Numbered from the stretch's first letter, positions 25,539-38,204 are shown. The stretch is DNA of 64,000 nt from Halocafeteria seosinensis (GCA_001687465.1 LVLI01000140.1:1-64000); one strand, 5' to 3'. Numbers and translations: made by a program. Notes: a model not told the origin generated them from the sequence alone.

Positions 25539-27840
25539 CTATGGCTGAGCCGATACTTGCACTTTGATTCCGTTCTCCATGGGTAGAGTGAGGCTGTTAA
25601 GCGGCTTGACTGAGTCTTTATCTACCAGTTCCAGGTGATATTGCTGCATGAGATAGAAGCTAAACTTGACAATGTAGGAAAGGGACGGCGCAATCAGATC
25701 AAGACCTACGTTGTACAGCGCAGTCAGCACAGTCGTCGCTTCAAATAACGCCATACTTTGGCCCAAGCAAGTTCGCGGTCCAGCTTGAAAGACAGGATAT
25801 CGAAACATGGAAGGTTTAGGTTCGTCCACAAACCTGCGCTACCATAGCAACGGGACGTGCAACATTGAGTACTGACAAAAGCCAACTGGAGACCTACCTT
25901 TGAGGATTAAACTCGTACGGGTCTTTCCAGAGCCTACTTAGCCTTCCCATTGCGTATGGGAAATATATGACATACGAGTTACTTGGTACGAATGTCCCGT
26001 CCGGTAGAGTGTCGTCATGTACCGCTAGTTTTGCGTCTTTGGGAACAGAGGGATACAGTCGAAGAGCCTCTTTGACTACGGCCGGAACATACCTGAAGCC
26101 AACGAAGTCGCGGATACCTAATCAATGGTTACTTTCGGAAGACATGTCGTGCATCTTACGTCATTTCTCGGGTTTGATCGTATGTTGGTACTTTTGTATC
26201 ATCCGCTAGTACAGATCTTATTTCTTGTACCATCTGCGGAGCAATGATAGATTTTCAGCTCACATGCTTCCCCTGTACAACTTGTTCAGGACTGGCAGAA
26301 AACATACTTTTGCTTCTACCTCCGGATGCTGAGATACGAGGAACACAGTCCAACTGAGGGCTTGGGCAGTTGTATCTCTGTGATGGAAGAGGGTAGACAG
26401 ATTGATCACTCGTTGTTGCACTAGTGGTGGTATCTGAATAGGTGGGCATACCTTCCGGCAATTAGGAAATTCATTATGACGTCCCGCAACTCTTTGTCGG
26501 TGTACTTGGGATTGCCATTTTCATCTTCCACTTTCAAAAAACGCGAAAGGACGTCTTCTTTCGTGGTATACTCTTTGTTTCGTTTGCGTTCTTCGATAAG
26601 TCCGTACGCATATTCATCCATGACCTGTACAACCGCAATACAATTCAAGTAGTTCGACGAGGGTTGACCATATGCGTCTAGCCAAATGGGACGTGCCTTC
26701 ACGAGATTATTAAGCGTCTTCACGTCCGGGTCAAAATAGTATTGAAACTTCCAGAAAGGATTGAAGAACCGTTTCTCGACAATGTATTGAGCACTGCATT
26801 CACATAATACGCATGTGCTGCCGCTGGTGCCGAAACTGCGATACACGTACTGATTGAACGATTTGGCAAACGGAGTATCAGGCTGCACCATGGATTTGAT
26901 ATTCACTCCAAAGGCAATTTCCCCGATGGAATCGAGCGTGAAGCGATGAAACAAGTCGTGGGCATCCAAGGTTCCTCGGTTCTTCATTGCACTCTCGAAT
27001 TCCTGCAGGAATGGCGCAATATAGAAAATCATAGAGGAGAATCCCTTAAACAATAGACCTACATGAAGTAGCTCCTCTGCATGACTCCGGAAAGTAGTCG
27101 TCATCTTGTTCCGAAACTCCGTGGCGGAAAACATGTGAGACGCCATCTTCCGCTGGTTCTTCCACTTTTCGCCATCGACATTGAAGATTCCTGTGCATCT
27201 TAGTAAAGCAATATACCTTGAATACTTCAACGTTTCCTAAACAGACTCAGTTTGTCTTACCATCACCTAGCAGTTCCTTCAGATTTTCATGGAAATGAGG
27301 GCCCTTCACATAATTCTGCGTTTCTCGATGTAGCCAAGCCTTTATTGGTTTCAACGTCAAGCATAAATCGCATTTCTCCTTACATTGAAATGCGACTTCA
27401 AAATATGTTCGACGCAATCAGGATCGTGAATGATAATGAAGCGCGGAATGAGCGGCAGTTTGACCTGGAATGTACCCCCTTGGAACTGTGACAACGGGGT
27501 AGGATAAACCAATCATATCGTCTTCACCAGGAACCGTTCCGTCAAGACAAACGTCTGAGCACTCAACGTACAACATTGATGGCATGGTAAGCCAGTTTAT
27601 TCAGCGGGTCATCCGATACGAGCATAAGATTGCATAGGAACGGCCATTCAAAAGCCCCAGGGCAATTCACACGCTGCAACAACGCGATACTGAAGGATAC
27701 ACAAGCAACATCATCCAGTAATGGCATATCAGAAAACGCACCATGCGCTGGTAGTACTGGTTTACCAATATAGCCAAGGCAATGCTCCCAACAATGAGGA
27801 GAGCATTGTAAAGCGTAAGGTCCTCAGTGGATAGTCTCAT
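25539..27840 (-). CDS. Cytochrome P450, CYP86/CYP704-like (probable fatty-acid hydroxylase)
   Basis: N-terminal anchor; GIFNVDGEKWKNQRK; LRDVIMNFLIAGR; EALRLYP; heme motif FQAGPRTCLG; many short introns. Confidence 0.92.
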
Positions 27841-28764
27841 CTTGGCCTACTCCCGCGCTCCTTTATTTCTCAACGCGACTCGAAGATAGCAGAGGAAGAG
27901 TACGTAAAGAGGGTAAGAACATGCCAAACCGACGGAAAGACTCTCTGTAGAGGAGGGAATACGCCCGCATCTCCTCGGTGATTGAAGTTGAAGTCGTGGC
28001 TTCGAAGACTTCGAATCGAAGTTCAAACGTGTTTCTCTTTTTGTAGACTACACTGGTCAAGTATTTTCATCCGTGGGATTGGAAAACAGTGAAATGATTT
28101 TGCTCCAGTAGAAGTGATAAATGGACGCGTTCAACTGCCAGCGGACCCGATGGCGTTGTCCAACGTGGATGCAAAATTCCACATTGATGCTAGGAATTGA
28201 GGCTTTGTAGTTGAGAGGACGTGAGCTTCTGTAGCTAAGATAAAAGGCAGTCCGACACTTTGAGTTTTCTGTATCTCCTTCGTTGATGTATTGAAGCGTT
28301 CACAAAGAAGTCAAGTGTGAATACGGGTCTCGGGTACCATAGTTGAACTCTTTCTGGGTTCACTTCTTCGCGACTGCCTAGCGGCTATTCGCTTAACATA
28401 TAAGTCCATCCTTATTACATTGGCTTCGAATGAGAAATAGTGTATGGAACCATTTACTAGCGCGTAATATGCAAGAAATACTTGACTCACGAACTTCCAA
28501 CGGCTTCTGTGTCAGAATCTGTGAACTCAGCTTGATGCTGTATCATACAGCCTGTATGCCGAGATAAGTTAGACGTCACTGACATTTATAATTGTTACTT
28601 CCTTTTCCTCATGCTACCGTGATTCATATTTTCAAAAAATGAAAACGTTGGTGTAGCAGGGATGCTGTGAGATCTTACGGGTAGGGAACTCAGCGTAACT
28701 TTATAGAGGTCCTGGAGAACCCGTCTCAGGGGAATATCAAGGTGATATCGAAGCAATAAAACGG

Positions 28765-30476
28765 ATGTTTCGGCAGCAGTTGGCAAGGATAAACCCGGGT
28801 ATCACTAAGTGTTCATATTTTTGGACTTTCACCCCTTGTTTAAGCCCATTATCTGCCTTGGGAACAGAGGCGCTGCCGGGGCCAACTTCGACTTTTTCGT
28901 CGTCTGTCCCTCCATTTGCACAAACAGTAGAGCAGCAAAGTGGGACAACTCCAGGTGTATCTAAAGCTGCTAGTATATTGCAGCCAACTAATAGCCGGAG
29001 TGCGCGGGAAATGGAGTCAAGTCAAGGATCTGCTGTGGGAGCTGCTCGCAGTACAGACACCGAAGCCATACTCGATAGTTTAGATGCTCGCTTGGAGCAG
29101 AAGCGAAACGGATATGGGCACCATTTGAAGAACGAATTCTGCAATCCATGGCCTAGCTATCGGCATCCGAGCTTGTGGGATGTGGCCAAAATGTAAGTGC
29201 AATTGGTGTTTCTACCATAGCTCTGGCACTGTAAAGTGAGACGTGTTTTGCTGTGTGGTATGCGCACGCAGGTTGTTTACCATGCGCACCAGCGCAGTTC
29301 CCAGAATACCGCAGCCTTCGGTAGAAAGAATGGACTGGGATAGGATTCGTTCTCCTCCGTCCTCTCACATACAGGCGACATGGCTGGGCCATGCCTCGTT
29401 CCTAGTTCAACAAGAAGGATTGAACATCTTGACGGATCCCGTATTTTGTGATAGGTGCGTTCTCAGCTTGTCCTTACTGTGCTCCATTGGATGAATCTTT
29501 AGCCTTCTTGCTTCGTCATCCTCATGTGTCGACAGAGCCTCTCCGCTACAATGGATTGGGCCTCAACGGTATACCCCGTTACCGTTCCGAATAGAAGAGT
29601 TACCGTCTATCGATTATGTACTCATTTCGGTAGGTTTACGATAATGTTGACGATGGGGCTCTACAACCCTTACTAATAGAAAATATTTTTATGCAGCATA
29701 ATCATTACGATCACCTGGATTCATACAGTGTCAAAGCTCTGATAGAGCGTAGCGGAGGTGACAAGATTCGTTGGATAGTGCCTTTAAAGCTAAAATCTAC
29801 TGTTGTCTCCCTTGGTGTTAATCCTAAGCAAGTGACTGAACTTGACTGGTGGGGAAGTTGTTTTGCGGAAACTCCTCTCGGGGGCAAAAGTCTTAGGATT
29901 GTGGGTGTTCCGGCTCAGCATCAAACCAATAGGCATGTATTCGACAGGATGTCTACATTGTGGTGTGGCTATGCTATAATTGGATCCCAAGAGCGCTTTT
30001 ATTTTTCTGGTGAGTTAAATAATGCAACTAGAGCTCTGTCCTGGCTGCTTTCAATTTATCGTCTTTGAACAGGTGATACTGGATACAGGTATCTCCCTGA
30101 GGGTGATGCTTATAGCGAGGAAGAGGAAACCGCGTCCCGATGTCCCGCTTTCCGAGAAATTGGTGACGAATTGGGTCCATTTGATCTCTGCTGTATCCCG
30201 ATCGGGGCATACAATCCTAGATGGTTTATGTCTGCAGTCCATGTCTCACCAGAAGATGCTGTGGAGCTGTTCAAGGATCTTCGAGCAAAGCGTGCTTTAG
30301 CGATGCATTGGGGAACATTCGTACTGACCGGAGAGCCTGTAGATGAGCCTCCCAAACGACTGTACGATGCTATGGTAAAGAAAGAGTTGAATCCTGAGGA
30401 TTTCGTCGCAGTAAAGCATGGCGCCACGTGCGACACCTCCGAAGAGGGTGTTCGACCTCAATTAAAGGTAACGTGA
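28765..30476 (+). CDS. NAPEPLD: N-acyl-phosphatidylethanolamine phospholipase D (metallo-beta-lactamase fold)
   Basis: TWLGHAS, ILTDPVF, HNHYDHLD, ELDWW, IPIGAYNPRWFM, MHWGTF; multi-exon. Confidence 0.9.
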
Positions 30477-30731
30477 TGCACGGTTGAGCGGCTAGTTGGT
30501 CGCCGATATGATCAGTGCAGCAAGGACCTTTTGTGGACAAATAATGGTGTCCGCTGCACTTGTGTTGGGGAGCCCTCCTGAAGGTGGAGTGGCGTCTGAT
30601 TGAATTCCTAATAAGCAATATTTTGAAGTAATACTACATGCATTAGTTCTTTCTCTTACTCTGTCTCCAGACATCATCTAACGCGAAGACTTTCTTCACA
30701 GGAATCTGCTAAGCGGCTTAGCCTAAGCCGC

Positions 30732-31011
30732 GTCGACTTCACGAACCGATTTCACAGTCCTTGATCTATCTGATAGGCACGATACTGGCGTTCCATGCAT
30801 CACTGGTTGCTACAGTTTCAGCAGCTTCATCGGCATCATCGCACCACGACGGCCAATGGCTGGCCTCTTCAGCATTGTCGGATATCATGAACGTGAAGAT
30901 GACTCACTTTGACGGGGGATGAAACGCTCCCGAAGACTCTATCGTCCCAATTGTATGGCTCGTCCTCAGAATGAAGCCGAGAACGCCATTGTGCCCATAG
31001 ACTACTCAGAG
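30732..31011. repeat. Rearranged duplicate of the FNTA promoter/exon 1 (32020-32294): direct + inverted + direct blocks
   Basis: 30732-30771 resembles 32020-32065 (direct); 30772-30961 is the reverse complement of ~32067-32246; 30964-31011 is identical to 32247-32294. Confidence 0.95.
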
Positions 31012-31050
31012 ATAGCATATTTTACATACGCGTTCGCTATCTAATGTTCT

Positions 31051-31948
31051 TCAATATGTGCTTGTTTTGGGTTCAAAACTGAAAATTGTTCGCATTCTCT
31101 CCCATAATTTGCGTCGCTCTTGCGCAAATGGTTCGATGTGCTCTTTTGTTGCAGTGCCCGACACATCAGTGTAGTGAGAAACATCAATAACGAATCCAGG
31201 AGTACCTGCTAAGGACGACAATCGCCTCATCTCTTCCTCGTCTATGTTGCCAGTGCCTTTCGAATGTAGCTCCATGCATCCCACTTGAAATTGCTCCCGT
31301 CAAATGCTCCGCTAGCTGGTCATATTTTTTCCATGGAATTGTAGATTAGAACCACTCTGGCAAAGTCAACGTCGGTCGCAAGTAGGAGAATGCGATAATT
31401 CTTGGTGAGAAAACTGTCTTCAGCTAACGAACAGACAAAACTCTCCAGGGATTGGTGACTTTTCAACCGATCGAACTGGTCCACAACAATGATATTTTTC
31501 TTCATTTGGGCTGCAATCACAGACGAAAATGCCTGTTTGGACAATCCTGAACAACTTCATAAGGTACCCCCAGCGCTAGCAGCAGCGTTTGACGAATGTT
31601 CGCATTGGGTTCACGCCCAAAGGAATCATTTAAAGGCACAATGCAGCATCCATCAATGTCTTTCGATTCTTGTAGCCCTTTCAGCACTTTACGGGTGGCA
31701 TACGATTTCCCGCTTCCAGTCGGGGCACACAAAACAATAAAAGCAGCATTGATTCCATCCACTGAAACTTTACGAATGCATTCTTCTAAATTTCCATTAC
31801 AAACATACCAGGAATCCTCTGGCTGTAGTGTCAACTGTTGCACAGGTTGTTGTAGTCTAACCGAACCACTCTCGTCGTATAACAGTGATGTTTTTCGGAT
31901 CGCTCTAACAGCAGGCGCAACTAGCCGACTTGCTTCCACCCCCAACAT
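31051..31948 (-). pseudogene. Intronless P-loop NTPase pseudogene (AAA+/STAND-like)
   Basis: Walker A APTGSGKS, Walker B IIVVDQFD, LAGTPGF; frameshift ~31545, in-frame TGA at 31320, second frameshift ~31275. Confidence 0.75.
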
Positions 31949-32132
31949 TTTCCTTTGGCCTGTCTGTAAAGGATAGGAAAGAGACGTGCCAACGTGACAA
32001 AGACCGCGCACGCACGGCGGTCACTTCACAAGTTGGAACTGACTTCACAGTCCTTGATCCATTTAAGAGCCATACAATTGGGACGATAGAGTCTTTCGTC
32101 CCCTTCCGAAGTGAGTCATTTCCACCACGTTC

Positions 32133-33548
32133 ATGATGTCCGATAATGCTGAAGTGGCCAGCCATTGGCCGTCGTGGTGCGATGATGCCGATGAAGCTGC
32201 TGAAACTGTAACAACCAGTGAGGCATGGAAGGATATCGTGCCTATCCCTCAGAATGAAGCCGAGAACGCCATTGTGCCCATAGACTACTCAGAGGCCTGT
32301 AAGTCCAATTTCCGTGCGCCAGTTCCAAGTCGTGATGGAGTATGACAAGGTGGGTGGTACAGTTAAAACCATCATGGGATACTTCCGAGCCATCATGCAT
32401 AAGAACGAGAGGTCCGAGAGAGCACTTTGGCTCTCTTCAGCGGCGATAGAGTTAAATCCGGGCAATTATACCGCGTGGTACGTGCCCTTCTCCCATGCAA
32501 TAAAACGGCAAGGTTCTGTCATTGGAGTGCTTTCCTTGCAGGTACTACCGAAGACTGTGCTTGAGCGAACTCGGGTTTGATCTCCGACGTGAACTCGATG
32601 CTGTCGAGAATCTAGTGGGACCTAACCCCAAAGTATACCAACTGTGGTGAGTGTTTAGGTGATGATTTCATGCTAAGCGAGTTGTTTCTGCTTCATCGAC
32701 CAGCTGAAAAGCAATACAGGTATCATCGACGAGAGCTGGCAGAGTTAATCGGTAAATCAGCTCTTGATACAGAGCTAGTATATACAGAATCTGTGTTTGA
32801 AGCAGACGCGAAAAATTATCATGCCTGGGCGCACCGTCAGTACTTGTTAAGGGTTTTCTTGAGTGAGGATGATTATAGGTGGAGCAGCGAGCTCTCGTTT
32901 TGCGAAAACATTATAGATGAGGATGTTCGAAACAATTCCGCGTGGAACCACAGATACTTCACCGTTAGACGAGGAGGAAAGGTAGGATTCCGTTTCGAAA
33001 CGTGTAAACAGATCCATTTCTTCAACTTTCCTCGGGTGCGTGCTGCCTTTACAGCGTTCACTGTCCTCTGAAGCAATTCAAACAGAGCTAGGGTATTGTT
33101 TAGGCAAACTGGAACTAGCGGTGGAAAATGAAAGCTGTTGGAATTACTTGAGAGGGTAAGATATTGCTCTTGCAGAATGTATAGTGGCAAGCATATTGAT
33201 GGTAGTAGCCTTGTCCTTCAGCATCTTGGAACTCGCTTCTTCGGATTCACCCCTTGGAGATTTCAAGGAAAAACTGGAGACGTTCATGTCCGCACCCAAA
33301 GCTAAAAAGAGTCCTGGTGCATTGGCATTTTATGCTGACTGGTGCCTTGAATATTACTCGAATGAAGATGCCCAAAAATTAGCGAAACAAGTAGGATATA
33401 CATCATCTGTACTGTCATAGGGGCTGTTTGCATACTGGTGCATGTGCTGTTCGCGCAGATTTTCGTAGATCTACGAGATAATAAAGATCCGGTTCGCAGC
33501 GGCTACTGGGATATGCGGATTTCCCTTCTAGGAAAGAAAACAGAGTGA
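32133..33548 (+). CDS. FNTA: Protein farnesyltransferase/geranylgeranyltransferase-I alpha subunit
   Basis: WKDIVPIPQ, MGYFRA, ELNPGNYTAW, DAKNYHAW, DVRNNSAWNHR, terminal DPVRSGYW; multi-exon. Confidence 0.92.
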
Positions 33549-34069
33549 AGATTAGGTTCATTTGCGGATTGTGTGTGTTTACAGTTTTGAACCGAAGGGA
33601 TAATGAACCCGTTGTCAATCACAACTTGTCACCGGACCATCGAAGGTAGGGACCGGGATCAGGGAGCAAGTCAGTTCTGTTTTCTTCTTTCTCGCTCAAA
33701 TACATTGTTCCGTGATTCAACCTCGTCCCGTAAGTAGGTTGACAACCGTTGACTTGACAAATTGGCGTAGGGTGGTGTGGCAGTGGCTGCCTACGGTGGC
33801 AACGGTGGCACTGGCACCCGTGCACAGTTCCAGCTTGAACCGAACAAACAAATGTGCCAGTTACAGTTGTTTTCCTTCTAAATTCGAATTGTGTTGTTAA
33901 AAAGGGTTGGTAGAGCTACTATCGAGGAAAATACACCATACTTAGAGATAGAAAAAGTCGTACACGGGTTTTTATACTTGGGGGAAAAGTCTCACCTCCC
34001 GGAAATCGCCTCAAATTTGTGTGAGGAAGGTGGGAAGAGATCTCTTTTCCCGTGCCCTTGAGGGATAAA

Positions 34070-36940
34070 ATGAACTATAATAGCCCTTTTCAGCGCTTTG
34101 ACGGCGAATCAACCGATCTGACAGGCACACAAGCGGGCGCAGGACCCGCCTCGTCTACCTCTACTGGTGCAAAAGAGGGCTCGCGGGACGTGAACGACCG
34201 CCGTAGAAGCAGTAATATGGAAAAGAGATCGACCCGGACGCTCATTGTACCTCCCGCTATGGAGTATGAGGGCGATGTAGAGAGCGGTTTGAGTTTGCAA
34301 TACATTGTCGAGAAACGCTTCCAAGCTTCTCGGGAAGTGGAAACGGTAGCGCGAATGCATTTCTTGAAACCAGCGAACAACGCTGGAAATGCGCTTGTGG
34401 CGGTGAATGAGCATGCTGAAGAAAATGTTTCAGACCAGATCGTAGCCGCTCTTCACGGCCAATGGGTTCACTTTGATGATCACAGCAGTTCCGGTAGTGA
34501 TGCGAGAGCCCCCTTCTCAGGTGCTCAAAGCACTAAAGAAAATGTATCAATTGCACACGGACGAGGAACGCTGCGGACCAAAGTGTCACTCTCGTCAGAC
34601 TACAAACATGCGCTGAAGAACGAGACCACAGGTCGTCAAACGAATGGGCACTCCAGCAGCTTCCTTTCCCGAATAAACTCGGAGGGTCCTCAGAACAATG
34701 CTGGCTCGTCGACTCTGGCGGATGCTCTCCGAGACGCACTTCCAAGTGCCGCCTCGAAGACTACTACAAGTGGAAGACAAGACAGGGGTGACCAACGAGA
34801 GTACTATGAAAGCATTTACGAAGGAGAATGGGCATGGGGTGTGCCTCATGGGATCGGCAAAGGACACTGGAATATCCCAAACCATGCAGCCTCTTCGCAG
34901 CATCACAGTGGTTTACCAAGGAATCAATCTGTGGAACACATGCACTCGTTTCAGTCCCAGCTTCCCTATGATACCAGTAGAAATGAGGAACATGGCCGCC
35001 CTGGAGTTTATCCCGGGTCCGCTGCATCAAGCGTCAATGCAGTGCACGCCATGGAGCAGTTCTCCGATGGGAACAGCATAGCATGGCCAAATTATACACA
35101 AATGCCCGGGCTATATGAAGGCAGCTGGTTGAACGGATTACCTCACGGTACAGGAAANTTGAGTATACGTTTAGGAGATTCAATTGAGGGCAAATGGGTA
35201 TGCGGTATACCACATGGTGATATGGCCGTACATGTCGCAGGAGGAGGGTTGCTTCTGGCCGTGTTTGTCAACGGACGTCCCCATGGCTGTGCTGTGTTTG
35301 CGTGGCCTTCAGGAGTCAACGTCTTTGAGGCTCGCCAATACTTGTACGGAAGAAGAGTATCGTATCAAACCATCTCTCCCAGACAATTGCGAGCATTCGC
35401 TTCCGCGAGAACAGTTTGGAAAGCTGCCCTTCGGTATTGGGAGAATGCTAGCAAGGAGGAGTTTCCATCTGCATTGCTTACGCGACCTCCTAGCATGGGA
35501 TCTGAATCGGACTCAGGAGATGCCGGAGAGGCTGCCTCTGCCCAGAAAAATGAAGGACCACAGCAAACCAACCATCATCGTGTCAATCAATTGGGGCTTA
35601 GAGATATGCCGTATTCCGAATTCAATGCCACCAATGTGATAACGTTGCTCAGGAATGCTACAGTGCACGACGTGGATGGGGGTAAAGTAGGAAGTGAAGG
35701 CACCGGTGTGATTACTGCAAAAGCTGACGACACGGTCTCGGACTGCCTCGATTTGTTAACGAGACATAACATCTACAGTGTCCCCGTTTGGGATACCGAC
35801 AAAAATCAGTATGTAGCCATCATTCATGTGTTGGATATATTCTCGTTCATGTTGGACGTTGTGGCGAAACATCCGAAGGTGATGAAGAATCCTCAATTGC
35901 ACCTGAGGGAGGCTATTATGCATAGGCAGCTTTTTGTCCGCCAACCCATCAGAGCTATCGTTGACCGGATTGTGAAAGCCCAATCTTTTATCGAGGAAAA
36001 AACCGCTACGAAGAATTCTACAAAGGGAAGTGTTGGTAGTAGCGGTAGTTCCGAGGAAAAAGCGAAATCTCCGAAAGCCGGACGGGCTAACAAAACCGGC
36101 TCTTCTCCGCTTTCTCGGAATGCACGTTGGATCGGGGAATCTTCCTCCTCTGTTCCTTCTGGGACAGAGGAGATCACCACCGATGAACAGGTAGAAAGAT
36201 CTAGCGAATCTTCACCCAGTTCTGTTAGCTCTGACCAACAGCAGGTTCAAGGCTCTGAAATCCCGACAGAGATCGAAGCTGCGTCCGTGCAATACGAAAC
36301 TCCAAGGAAGTTCATGTTCAGCAGCCAATTTCTTCCTGTTCCCCAGGGGTCCCCCTTGTTATTTGCCTGCCGCATTCTTTGCCGAGGAGTCCATTCAGTT
36401 CCCGTCGTAGATGCTGAAGGACGAATCCAGAGAATAGTTACTGTTGCTGACGTGATTCGGTTCCTGGCCACCCGCATTCAGTTACTTGGAGATCTTGCTC
36501 ACAAGACCGTATCACAACTGCGATTAGGATCTGACCGAGAAAACAGCGGCCTTGTAGTAGCAAAACTGACGGACCGTGCCATGGACGTTATGCAGCAAAT
36601 TAGGGAAGCGGGCTCCTCTGCAGCACCAGTCGTTGACGAATATGGCTCTATGATTACTAACTTGAGCGTCAGCGATGCCAAGACGATTGCGAGGCGAAGC
36701 CATTTTGACGCGTTGCAGCTCCCTCTGTCTCAGTTTTTCGTCGCTATTGATAAACCGTTGAATACCGTCAACCCATCGATTTACACACGGCCCAATTCTA
36801 GCCTGGCGAGTATTCTACTTACTCTAGCGTCTACCAGGATACACCAAATTTACTTCGTAGGGGAGAACCTACAGCCCATTGGCTGCATACGAGGAGTCGA
36901 TATTATAAAGCTACTGCTTTCTCAGGATGATGCCGAATGA
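34070..36940 (+). CDS. MORN-repeat + four-CBS-domain (AMPK gamma/SNF4-like) protein, intronless
   Basis: YEGEWAWGVPHGIG, YEGSWLNGLPHGTG, IEGKWVCGIPHG (MORN); HNIYSVPVWD, VHSVPVVD, APVVDEYG...NLSVSD, RIHQIYFV (CBS). One N base at 35158. Confidence 0.85.
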   Translation: MNYNSPFQRFDGESTDLTGTQAGAGPASSTSTGAKEGSRDVNDRRRSSNMEKRSTRTLIVPPAMEYEGDVESGLSLQYIVEKRFQASREVETVARMHFLKPANNAGNALVAVNEHAEENVSDQIVAALHGQWVHFDDHSSSGSDARAPFSGAQSTKENVSIAHGRGTLRTKVSLSSDYKHALKNETTGRQTNGHSSSFLSRINSEGPQNNAGSSTLADALRDALPSAASKTTTSGRQDRGDQREYYESIYEGEWAWGVPHGIGKGHWNIPNHAASSQHHSGLPRNQSVEHMHSFQSQLPYDTSRNEEHGRPGVYPGSAASSVNAVHAMEQFSDGNSIAWPNYTQMPGLYEGSWLNGLPHGTGXLSIRLGDSIEGKWVCGIPHGDMAVHVAGGGLLLAVFVNGRPHGCAVFAWPSGVNVFEARQYLYGRRVSYQTISPRQLRAFASARTVWKAALRYWENASKEEFPSALLTRPPSMGSESDSGDAGEAASAQKNEGPQQTNHHRVNQLGLRDMPYSEFNATNVITLLRNATVHDVDGGKVGSEGTGVITAKADDTVSDCLDLLTRHNIYSVPVWDTDKNQYVAIIHVLDIFSFMLDVVAKHPKVMKNPQLHLREAIMHRQLFVRQPIRAIVDRIVKAQSFIEEKTATKNSTKGSVGSSGSSEEKAKSPKAGRANKTGSSPLSRNARWIGESSSSVPSGTEEITTDEQVERSSESSPSSVSSDQQQVQGSEIPTEIEAASVQYETPRKFMFSSQFLPVPQGSPLLFACRILCRGVHSVPVVDAEGRIQRIVTVADVIRFLATRIQLLGDLAHKTVSQLRLGSDRENSGLVVAKLTDRAMDVMQQIREAGSSAAPVVDEYGSMITNLSVSDAKTIARRSHFDALQLPLSQFFVAIDKPLNTVNPSIYTRPNSSLASILLTLASTRIHQIYFVGENLQPIGCIRGVDIIKLLLSQDDAE

Positions 36941-37667
36941 AACTATTCCCATGGACACTTGGTTGTAACAATTTGCTTGTGTATCTTTCGTTATTTATAT
37001 CTGAATATCCAACTCTTTCCGAACAAAACAACAAAACAACACCATTACAGTTGCAGCGAACCCAATCAGTCTTCTTCCCACTGTTTCTTAGCTGCCTGCA
37101 TGCTACCATACAATGCCGTTCATGATACGGCATGTGTGCATACCGATGAGAGGCTGTATTTCCGTTAGTTAGGAGATTCACCAAGGCCTTATCACAATTC
37201 GGAAAATTCAGCGGTCTTTGTCGTAGCAAAATCGTGCCATTGACGCTATGCAAGAGCATCTACATTGGCAACTACAAGAGTATACATCACATCTAACCTT
37301 GTGATACATGAAGTTCATAGAGAGAGAACCTACAACCCGTTGTTCGTATACAAGGAGTCGATATTATATTGCTGCTGCCGCCTGAAACCTCTCTATGAAT
37401 GCTGTGCATGGATCATCTGCATCATGTGTTATTTATATCCGAATATCCAACATTTTTCAAACCCAGCAACTGAAGCAAAATCACTAGATTGAAGGTGCCC
37501 CCAGCTAGTCTATTCTTTCTCCCACGGTTCCTTGGCTGCCAACATGCTAACAATTGAGTCCTTCGACCTTCTTCCACTCCGACTCTGGATTCACAGAAAT
37601 CAGGTCACAAACTGAAATATGCACCAACAGCTATGGTCCACTATCATCACAACTTAATAATTCATAC

Positions 37668-38204
37668 CTTGCGATGCTGTTCCATCTTCTGGTCTTGTTC
37701 AGCCAAGTTCTTTTGGATTTTATTGATTCTGCATTATTCCCCACACACGAGTGAATACCCATTAGCTTACCACACAATGTCTGCATCGACGAACCTATTC
37801 TGTTGCTCCCGATCGTGCTTTCTGCCTTTGGGCGGTCTCATCGGGAAAGCCATATGCTGGTATTCTCTATCCCAGGAAGGGTCCCATCCTATCCCTGTTT
37901 CCGGGTCATACGAGCCATAAGTGCCATTCCGAATGGCCTCTTTTCTCATTTTCGCCGCTCGTTTCGCCGATATGCGGGGAGACCTCCACGTCCCGTGAAC
38001 GAATCTAGGGTAAAGGTCATCCGGCAGTTTGAATGGCCTCACCGGAAGAGGTCTCTGTGCGCTCTGTTGTCTTGTATGAGCTGATTTAGGGGCTGTAGAG
38101 GTGCTCAGGGCCGGGAGTCTCGGTGTTTGATGCCTTATTGCGGCGCCCAGAGGCGCTTTCCAGACGCCTCTCGTGACTATACTATTCGTATACCTTATCA
38201 TCAT
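37668..38204 (-). CDS. Mitochondrial ribosomal protein mL59 (Mrpl25)-like; last exon unresolved
   Basis: GTWRSPRISAKRAAKMRK and PPKGRKHDRE, then exon INKIQKNLAEQDQKMEQHRK; Arg-rich presequence-like start. Confidence 0.7.

Noticed and set aside
30713..30745. Helitron 3' end suggested by the palindrome
   Set aside because: No CTRR terminus at the expected distance on either strand.
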